Part shown: positions 57,437-64,000 of the stretch, piece by piece
How the letters are laid out: each line of letters opens with the position of its first letter
How positions within the stretch are numbered: the stretch's first letter is position 1
NCBI GenBank assembly: GCA_037917685.1
Contig: JAVCBU010000012.1
Span: 288,001-352,000 of the forward strand
DNA from: Thermoproteota archaeon
GTDB taxonomy: Archaea > Korarchaeota > Korarchaeia > Korarchaeales > JAOZGB01
Direction of reading: 5' to 3'
Length of the DNA: 64,000 nucleotides
Notes under the pieces: generated by a model
Told to the model about the DNA's origin: nothing
The model's database searches: none
What the model saw: the letters and a program-made list of their open reading frames with translations, nothing else
Program-made: the position numbers and the translations under genes

Positions 57437-58602
57437 TCTTTCATCACCGTTAAAGCATCAGGCTTATTTTTAAACGCCTGAATTAGCCTAATCGTGGTTT
57501 CAAGCCCGAATCTTGAAACCAAAAGTCTAATAATGAAATTAGCCTGGGAATCAACGTTGAATCGGCTTTCTACAAAAGAATCCATTTTACATCTTTTTGC
57601 AGTAAAAAGTATAGTATCATAGGCTTCTTCAGGTAAATTTTCAAGAATACATCTTAAATACCTCCCTACTAAACGCTCAAATCTATAGATTTTGTTGAAC
57701 TGAGATTCATAGCTTAGGAGGTAACTATGATTTTCTGTGAGTAAGTATTTTGATATGCTTCTAGAAGCGATCTGAGATGCTATTGAGAGGGGAAGAATCC
57801 CCCCTCTGCTTATGGGTTTGATCTGGCCGGCGGCATCTCCAACGAGCAATACCCTATTTCTAACGATTTTAGCCGGGGGAAGCCTTGGTATCTGGCCAGC
57901 TTCGAACTTTGACACCTTACACCTGGGAAATCTGGTATTTAATAGTTTTTTGAGCCTCTTTATAGGTTTAGACTGGGTTATCAGCCCTATTTTCATGCCT
58001 TCGGTTGAAGGTGCAACCCATGCAAAAGATACTCCTGGAAGTCCAAATATTAGTTCTATTACTGACGTGGTTTGTCCGTGTATAACTGCTTGAATCCCAT
58101 ACTCTAGGGGAGTAAGGATTTTGAAATATTTGTTTCTTAAGAAGGAGATAGCTCCATCAGCCCCTACAATCACTCTTCCTCTTTCAAAGTGAGCACCGGA
58201 CAATTTCTTGAAGTGTATATGAACTCCCATATACCCTCTTCCTTCGCGTACTGAGGTTACTCTGGCATCTGTTACTATTTCAACTCCTGCCTTTCGCGCC
58301 TTCTTAGCTAGTAATTTATCTAAAATCTCTCTGTTGACTACGTTCAGGGGTGTTCTTAAATTGTAAACATGTGAGAAGTGAGGAGTTGAAATTTTTAGTT
58401 TAAATATCTTCGATATCAATGCCTTTTCGATGTTGACTGGCAGAAGACTTACTGCTTTGCTACCGAGTATTCCGGCGCAGTGTACCGGCTTGCCTATTTC
58501 TTTATGTTCCTCGTAAACTACAGTCTTAAACCCTTGTTTCGCTAAATAATAGGAGGTTAGGAGCCCCGCCGGGCCAGCCCCTACAACTATAATGTCATAC
58601 AT
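57418..58602 (-). CDS. Geranylgeranyl reductase-family flavoprotein
   Basis: DIIVVGAGPAG, IGKPVHCAG, GADG, FAWVAP, LVGDAAGQIKPISRGGI. Confidence 0.85.
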   Translation of the reverse strand: MYDIIVVGAGPAGLLTSYYLAKQGFKTVVYEEHKEIGKPVHCAGILGSKAVSLLPVNIEKALISKIFKLKISTPHFSHVYNLRTPLNVVNREILDKLLAKKARKAGVEIVTDARVTSVREGRGYMGVHIHFKKLSGAHFERGRVIVGADGAISFLRNKYFKILTPLEYGIQAVIHGQTTSVIELIFGLPGVSFAWVAPSTEGMKIGLITQSKPIKRLKKLLNTRFPRCKVSKFEAGQIPRLPPAKIVRNRVLLVGDAAGQIKPISRGGILPLSIASQIASRSISKYLLTENHSYLLSYESQFNKIYRFERLVGRYLRCILENLPEEAYDTILFTAKRCKMDSFVESRFNVDSQANFIIRLLVSRFGLETTIRLIQAFKNKPDALTVMKECFDSL

Positions 58603-58879
58603 CCTCGAGGGCCTGCTTAACTGCTTCTTCAAGCTTTTCACGGTCGGGAAGTCCGGATGCTATAAGTTTTCTATCAATTAGGATGGAGGGTGTTTTGGAT
58701 AAGCCGAGTCTTCTAGCAATTCTGAAATTCCTCCTATTTATGAGAGGGATCTCCACAAGTTCTAACCCAAATTTTTCTGCTATCTGTTTACATATTGGTA
58801 TAGCCTTTTTAGAGTACTTATCAAATGGGTTTACAAATACAACAAGTTTTCTAGCTCCATGGCGCTGTTTTGAATACAT
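58595..58879 (-). CDS. Thioredoxin/glutaredoxin-fold protein lacking CxxC
   Basis: VVFVNPFDKYS (CxxC position), GLSKTPSILID (cis-Pro loop), SGLP; start 58879 or 58912. Confidence 0.6.
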   Translation of the reverse strand: MYSKQRHGARKLVVFVNPFDKYSKKAIPICKQIAEKFGLELVEIPLINRRNFRIARRLGLSKTPSILIDRKLIASGLPDREKLEEAVKQALEDV

Positions 58880-59384
58880 ATTTGGCTGGCTTTCCCTCAA
58901 CTTTCTCAACATAGTTATTTTTTAATAACTCTTTAAGATATCTCTTCACCGTTGTGGCGCTTTTCTGCATTTTATAAGCCAGTTCGACGACGGTTAGGCC
59001 ATCGCTATATTCTTCTAGGATAGATAGGGCCATATAGACAGGTTTCTTGCATAGAATCTCTTTTAAATGCTTTTTGATTGTTCTGCATCTGGCTAGATCT
59101 TTAACGTCGTCTGAAATAGACAGTAGAGTGTTTTCCACAACTCTGCTCATGGATTCTAGTATGAGGCTGGTTAGGTCGCTTATGGCCATCTCAAGATTTC
59201 TTTTGTAATGTGTCGAAATCTCGAGTACTAAAGCTGAGTTGGTTGGGTTTTGATTTATGAGATCTTGCTCTAGTGTTTCCATTTTCTTCATGTATTTTTC
59301 TTTAAGCTTCGGCATCTGAGCCATAAAAGCTCTGGTGACGTTGTATATTATTCCTTGGATTTCAGCCTTAAAAGGGTCTTCCAA
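58851..59384 (-). CDS. Helical N-terminal region plus C-terminal TrmB/ArsR-like winged-HTH protein
   Basis: GLTVVELAYKMQKSATTVKRYLKELLKNNYVEKVEGKPAKY. Confidence 0.75.
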   Translation of the reverse strand: MEDPFKAEIQGIIYNVTRAFMAQMPKLKEKYMKKMETLEQDLINQNPTNSALVLEISTHYKRNLEMAISDLTSLILESMSRVVENTLLSISDDVKDLARCRTIKKHLKEILCKKPVYMALSILEEYSDGLTVVELAYKMQKSATTVKRYLKELLKNNYVEKVEGKPAKYVFKTAPWS

Positions 59385-59558
59385 TTTCTCATCACCAAAT
59401 TATCATTGGGATGTTTAAACTCTCATGGATTTGACTTGTAATGCCCTTATGCGTGAGTGACCTGTTCAAATATTAAAGTTTTATGATAGGCGCAATAGGA
59501 AAGTTTGAATCTTATAGTAACTCATGAAATGTTGAGGTGCTCGTGTTTTCTGGACATG

Positions 59559-60401
59559 TTAAACCTTGCATACTTGAAAGTCTATTCTTACTTTCCACAC
59601 CCTTGGAGAGTATTGGGACACCAATCTTTTCCTTAAAATTTTAGCATCGTATCCCTTTATACCGGTCTCCTCCAATATCTTCTCAATACCTTGTTTGAAT
59701 GGATCCGGCTCGGCACCCCAGTTATAGAAGTGAATGGTGCCGCCATCCCTAATCTTTTCTAGAGCTATGTTAAGGTAGACTTCAGCACCTTTGGGTAGTG
59801 GCATCACTATCCTATCAAAGTTTATGTCGAATTTTGGACATATGTCTTTCACATCTCCGAGGAACGCTTTTACTTTGCCTTCTAACCTGTTGAGCTTAAT
59901 ATTTTCTTGAAAGAAATCGAAAGCTGCCTTGTTTATCTCAACTCCGTAAACGATCCCAACATTTGGCTGCTTTTTGGCTATAGCTATACAGTATGGTCCT
60001 ACTCCTGCAAACATTACTAGAACCTGCTCTCCTGGTCTAACCTGACTTGCTACCCGCATTCTTTCTTCTGCTTCTCTTGGAGAGAAATATACTTTAGTTG
60101 GGTCTAATTTGAGAAAGTACCCGTACTCCTTATGAATAACAGTTGTATCAGGGTCACCGGCCAGAAGAGCGTATTTTCTTAGTCGTTCCACTCCAGCTCT
60201 TGGAGAAACCTTGGCAAGGACTGACTTTATGCTCTTGTGTCTTTTTAAGATCTCAGCCGCTATTAAGTGTCTTAAGTTCCATTTGTCATCTGGAATTTCT
60301 ACGATGGCCACAGCTTTGCCTCTGGAACCTATGATGTCAAAGGATCCTATTTTAACTCTCGAAGTCGTATCCCGCGATGCCTTCGACCTTTCCAACTTCA
60401 A
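59559..60401 (-). CDS. Trm5/Met-10+-family tRNA methyltransferase (lacks domain D1; Trm5a/Taw22-like MPLPK motif)
   Basis: FDIIG, HKEYG, VYFSPR..ER, MFAGVGP, RIVMPLPK; start uncertain. Confidence 0.85.
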   Translation of the reverse strand: MKLERSKASRDTTSRVKIGSFDIIGSRGKAVAIVEIPDDKWNLRHLIAAEILKRHKSIKSVLAKVSPRAGVERLRKYALLAGDPDTTVIHKEYGYFLKLDPTKVYFSPREAEERMRVASQVRPGEQVLVMFAGVGPYCIAIAKKQPNVGIVYGVEINKAAFDFFQENIKLNRLEGKVKAFLGDVKDICPKFDINFDRIVMPLPKGAEVYLNIALEKIRDGGTIHFYNWGAEPDPFKQGIEKILEETGIKGYDAKILRKRLVSQYSPRVWKVRIDFQVCKV

Positions 60402-61107
60402 CTTTAATCTCTTCTCTCTTTCTAATTTTTTCTATTTTTCCGTCCCTGATCCATACAACCCTATCAGACACATCTATCATTTTGGGATCGTGGGTAGCAG
60501 TTATAACGGTTGTCTGCTTTTCAACACTGAGTTTTTTCAGAAGATGGATGATGTTCAACCCAGTGGTTAAGTCTAGGTTCCCTGTTGGCTCATCTGCAAG
60601 TATTATAGCTGGATCGTTCGCCAAGGCCCTAGCTATGGCAACTCTTTGCTGTTGTCCACCAGACAGTTCTGTGGGTCTATGGTTTACCCTATCTCCTAGG
60701 CCAACCGCTTCGAGTAGCCTCTTCGCCTTCTCTATTCTCTCTTCCTTTTTGACACCTGCAAAGACCATAGGTAGAGCAACATTTTCAAGAGCTGTTAGAA
60801 CAGGGATCAAATTAAAAGTCTGGAAGATATAACCTATATAATGACAGCGGAACCATGCTAGCTGCTCTCTTCCAAGCTTATTTAATTCCAAACCTTCAAC
60901 GTAAACTTTACCTTCTGTGGGTGTATCTAGAGCACCTATCATGTTGAATAATGTGGTTTTTCCAGAGCCGCTTGGCCCCATTATGCTTAGATATTCGCCT
61001 CTTCTAACTGTTAGGTTGATTCCATCTAATGCTTTAACTGTTTCCCCTTTAAGGAAGTAGTATTTCTTAAGGTCTATGACTTCTACGACTGTATCACTTG
61101 AGGTCAA
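60352..61107 (-). CDS. ABC transporter ATP-binding protein (LolD/MacB-like)
   Basis: GPSGSGKTT, LSGGQQQRVAIARAL, ADEPTGNLD, ATHD. Confidence 0.95.
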   Translation of the reverse strand: MTSSDTVVEVIDLKKYYFLKGETVKALDGINLTVRRGEYLSIMGPSGSGKTTLFNMIGALDTPTEGKVYVEGLELNKLGREQLAWFRCHYIGYIFQTFNLIPVLTALENVALPMVFAGVKKEERIEKAKRLLEAVGLGDRVNHRPTELSGGQQQRVAIARALANDPAIILADEPTGNLDLTTGLNIIHLLKKLSVEKQTTVITATHDPKMIDVSDRVVWIRDGKIEKIRKREEIKVEVGKVEGIAGYDFES

Positions 61108-61159
61108 CGTTTACACCAGGACTTGCAATGTTTAAGATTAGTTTTAAATTTTAATCGGT

Positions 61160-62434
61160 TTAGACCTTGTAGCTCACACCAAGCTTCGGCTCTATACCTT
61201 CAACGTCCATTGTTTCAGAAAGCTCTTTGGCAAACTTATCTGTCTCCTCACCGTGTATGCAGAACACGGTTCTGGGGGAAAGTGTTTTAATAAAGTTTAA
61301 AAGTCTCGGCCTATCCACGTGAGCTGAAAGGTTTACCCTTTCTATTCTTAGGGACGGTTTGTACACAGCATCTTCTATCTCAATCTCTCCTGTCTTCAGA
61401 AGGATGTTGCCCTTGCTACCCTCAACCTGGAATCCGGTTATCAAAAGGCTACTGTTCTCCGAATCGTACAGTTTGGACAGATAGAATAATACCGGCCCGC
61501 CTTCCAGCATTCCGGACGTTGTGAGAATAATGCTCGGCTTCTTCAGTATTTTCTTTCTCATTTTTTGGGACGTCACGTAGGCAACAGTGTTTAATGCTGC
61601 TTCAAATAGGAGTTTGTCCCTAACGGTACCATGCTTCCTGATTATGTCTGTTGCTGTCCTAGCCATGCCGTCGAGATAGAGCCTGCATTTGGTTTTACTC
61701 TTTCTAAAGATCGCTATCATCGCCTCATTGAGCCTTGCAACAGCGAAACCTGCTATTAGAGCCGTCCCTCCAGCTTTGCATGTTTCTGTAACTATTTGTG
61801 CCAGTCTTTTTTCTTCCCGGGATCTCGGAGGGTGTTCTCGAGTAGAGTATGTAGACTCTGTTATGAGTATGTCCACTTTGGGCATGTCAAGATCTACACC
61901 CTCGACGAGTTGAGTGTCTATGTATTTATAGTCTCCAGTGTATAGGATTCTCCGGTTTCCAACTTCAAGGAGGTATGAAAGACTTCCTGGAATATGTCCT
62001 GCATGGAACGCTTTGACTTTAATGCTGCCGACTTTGAATTTGCTACCTGAAGTTATATTACGGTAATTTTTGTAGAACATCTCAACTTCTTTTTCCCCAA
62101 ATTCGATAGGGTAATTCTCTATTTTTGCAACTTTTATTGAATCGTAAAGAAGTAGTTCCGAAAGATCCCTAGTTATAGGTGTCCCATATACTTTTAATGC
62201 TGGATTCGAGTTGTACAATGTTGGAATCGCACCGCTATGATCTAGATGGCAGTGTGTTAGTAGAACAGCGTCGATCTTCGAATCTGGTTTTATAGGCATT
62301 TCAGGGGGTTGGTGTGGCTTGATTTTTATACCATAGTCTAGAAGTAGCCTGGTACGTTTGTATTCTATCAATACCCCTGCCCTTCCAACCTCTCTGCATG
62401 CTCCTAGAAAGCTTATTTCTACCATAGAACTCAC
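61160..62434 (-). CDS. Metallo-beta-lactamase/beta-CASP ribonuclease (aCPSF2-like, no KH domains)
   Basis: GACREVGR, THCHLDHSG, AGHIPGS, TGD, ESTY, SAH, HGE. Confidence 0.9.
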   Translation of the reverse strand: MSSMVEISFLGACREVGRAGVLIEYKRTRLLLDYGIKIKPHQPPEMPIKPDSKIDAVLLTHCHLDHSGAIPTLYNSNPALKVYGTPITRDLSELLLYDSIKVAKIENYPIEFGEKEVEMFYKNYRNITSGSKFKVGSIKVKAFHAGHIPGSLSYLLEVGNRRILYTGDYKYIDTQLVEGVDLDMPKVDILITESTYSTREHPPRSREEKRLAQIVTETCKAGGTALIAGFAVARLNEAMIAIFRKSKTKCRLYLDGMARTATDIIRKHGTVRDKLLFEAALNTVAYVTSQKMRKKILKKPSIILTTSGMLEGGPVLFYLSKLYDSENSSLLITGFQVEGSKGNILLKTGEIEIEDAVYKPSLRIERVNLSAHVDRPRLLNFIKTLSPRTVFCIHGEETDKFAKELSETMDVEGIEPKLGVSYKV

Positions 62435-62443
62435 CTGTATATT

Positions 62444-62710
62444 TTATATTGATGGTAACTCGTAACCTACGACCTTTACTTTAGCCTCAGATACTCCGTC
62501 CACTTCTTCAGCTGCCTTCTTAGCCATAGCAAGTATTAGATTCATAAGAGGACAGAAGGGAGTTGTTAAGGTCATTTCAATGGTCACTTTACCATCATCT
62601 TCTATAATTATATTTTTGACCATGTTAAGGTCAACGATACTCCTCCCTAATTCAGGGTCGTATACCTTTCTGAGATTTGTGAGAATTCTTTCTTTTAGTT
62701 TTTCTGACAT
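62444..62710 (-). CDS. SufT/DUF59 Fe-S cluster assembly factor
   Basis: VYDPELGRSIVDLNMV, TLTTPFCP. Confidence 0.92.
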   Translation of the reverse strand: MSEKLKERILTNLRKVYDPELGRSIVDLNMVKNIIIEDDGKVTIEMTLTTPFCPLMNLILAMAKKAAEEVDGVSEAKVKVVGYELPSI

Positions 62711-62866
62711 CAGTAATCTGATAGTTATAGCTTTGAGGATGTTTATAATGTTGTGCATTTAGCCAGTTAGTTGAGGGGTTTATAGTTATATATTGCATCA
62801 CTAAGATAGCGCATTTGGGTTAGAATCGCAGACCATCAAACTAATAAATATATGGAAGGAATAAAG

Positions 62867-64000
62867 ATGGTCGGAAGTATGGAGAAGGCTGGAAAGTTTA
62901 AGCCTAAGATTGAGGTCTTAAGATGGACCCCTAAGCTCGAAGAGGAGATGCTTGAGCTTCATAAGGGTCTTTACAAGTTTAATCCTAACTCTGGAAAACC
63001 ATTATACGCTATCGACATGCCTCCACCTTACGCTAGTGGCAGATGGCATATAGCGGCTTCCATTCACTACACTCAGATAGATATGATCGCTAGGACAAGA
63101 AGAATGCAAGGCTATGAGGTCTTATTCCCTATGGGGATTGATCGTAATGGACTTCCTGTAGAAGTTCAGGTTGAAAGACATTATAATATCCAGATGCATG
63201 AGTACCCGAGAGAAGAGTTTCTAAAATTATGCAGGGAGTTCCTCGACGAGGCTGAGAAGGACATCCTATCTCTTACAAGAAGACTTGCCTTAAGCTGTGA
63301 TGTAGATAACTACTATCAAACAGATTCCGAAAAGTGGAGGGCTATCACACAGGCGACGTTTATTGAACACTGGAATAAAGGCCATATCTACGAGGATTAC
63401 AGGCCTTCAAACTATTGCCCAAGATGTAAGACGGTCATTGCCGACGCTGAGATAGAATATAAGGAAAAGGAGACGGTGCTTGCATATGTGAGATTTAAGA
63501 TTGAGGGTGGAGAGGACATAGTAATAGCTACAACAAGACCTGAACTTCTTGCAGGCTGCGCACTCATAATTTACAATCCAAAAGATGATAGGTACAAACA
63601 CTTAAATGGTAAAAATGCAATCGTCCCTATCTACAATAAGAGGGTTCCTATCCGTGAACACCCATATGCTAACCCGGAATTCGGTACCGGCCTTGTCATG
63701 ATATGTTCTTATGGGGATACCAGCGATGTCAGGCTTTTTAAGGAGTTAAATCTGGAACCTACAATTTTAATAGACGAAGATGGAAAAATGACTGAGAATG
63801 CAGGTAAGTATGCAGGATTAGAAGTTGGAGAAGCTAGGAAAAAGATAATCGAGGACTTAAATAACATGGAACTTTTAGAAGAAGTTAGAAAGACTGTTCA
63901 TAGAGTACCTTCTTGCTGGCGATGTGGAACAACCATTGAGTTTGTACCAATGAGGGAATTCTACCTACGCCAGCTACCATTTGTTGATGAAATAAGAAGA
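62867..64000 (+). CDS. valS: Valyl-tRNA synthetase (3'-truncated by the window edge)
   Basis: Not in the ORF track. Manual translation: IDMPPPYASGRWHIAASIHYTQIDMIARTRRMQG..FPMGIDRNGLPVE, CPRCKTVIADAEIEY, IATTRPELL, FGTGLVMICSYGD. In-frame ATGs at 62852, 62867 and 62879. Confidence 0.92.
   Translation, partial: MVGSMEKAGKFKPKIEVLRWTPKLEEEMLELHKGLYKFNPNSGKPLYAIDMPPPYASGRWHIAASIHYTQIDMIARTRRMQGYEVLFPMGIDRNGLPVEVQVERHYNIQMHEYPREEFLKLCREFLDEAEKDILSLTRRLALSCDVDNYYQTDSEKWRAITQATFIEHWNKGHIYEDYRPSNYCPRCKTVIADAEIEYKEKETVLAYVRFKIEGGEDIVIATTRPELLAGCALIIYNPKDDRYKHLNGKNAIVPIYNKRVPIREHPYANPEFGTGLVMICSYGDTSDVRLFKELNLEPTILIDEDGKMTENAGKYAGLEVGEARKKIIEDLNNMELLEEVRKTVHRVPSCWRCGTTIEFVPMREFYLRQLPFVDEIRR

Noticed and set aside
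58851-59384. CdvB/ESCRT-III-like protein (helical region plus C-terminal wH)
   Set aside because: The helical region is too short and lacks Snf7 features; the wing motif EGKPAKY is TrmB-like; no cdvA/cdvC nearby.
59385-59558. 174-bp intergenic gap as an ncRNA
   Set aside because: No tRNA cloverleaf, canonical boxes or stable hairpin recognised; consistent with promoter plus UTR.
3550-63601. Numerous 60-160 aa ORFs antisense to or nested in assigned genes (e.g. 22935-23423, 24132-24560, 60377-60832, 63407-63601)
   Set aside because: They fully overlap well-supported genes, have the composition expected of antisense frames, and show no motifs or RBS support.

Overview
Gene-dense 64 kb segment of an archaeal chromosome, most consistent with a (hyper)thermophilic TACK/Thermoproteota-type lineage. 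Evidence: archaeal ThrRS/LeuRS/ProRS/ValRS, FEN1, archaeal MAT, XerA, A-type ATPase subunit I, GGAGG/GGTGA-like RBS and TTTAAA-like promoters. It carries a truncated atpI with an internal duplication, an 11-subunit complex I-like operon (nuoABCDHIJKMLN, no N-module), an nth/DUF72-SWIM/fen1 repair cluster, coaD next to a divergent GHMP kinase and an ECF S-component, a LipS1/LipS2 lipoate cluster, NAD salvage genes, a PDH2-type proline dehydrogenase operon followed by a B3/4 protein and proS, several membrane-anchored surface proteins and peptidases, and a truncated valS. I saw no rRNA, tRNA, CRISPR array or transposase. Most unusual signals: (1) two head-to-head paralogous S-layer-domain genes share near-identical inverted blocks, one containing a 7-6-7 dyad like a tyrosine-recombinase core site (candidate inversion/domain-swap system); (2) atpI has an old in-frame duplication (420 bp period) with an exactly identical 239-bp core; (3) NuoL has a 28-aa tandem extension of its lateral helix, like 2M complex I, although only one nuoM is present; (4) a mevalonate-kinase-like enzyme beside coaD lacks both canonical catalytic residues; (5) a catalytically degenerate, membrane-anchored HerA-like protein is paired with a small PD-(D/E)XK-like protein. 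All calls come from reading motifs by eye; no database searches were run.
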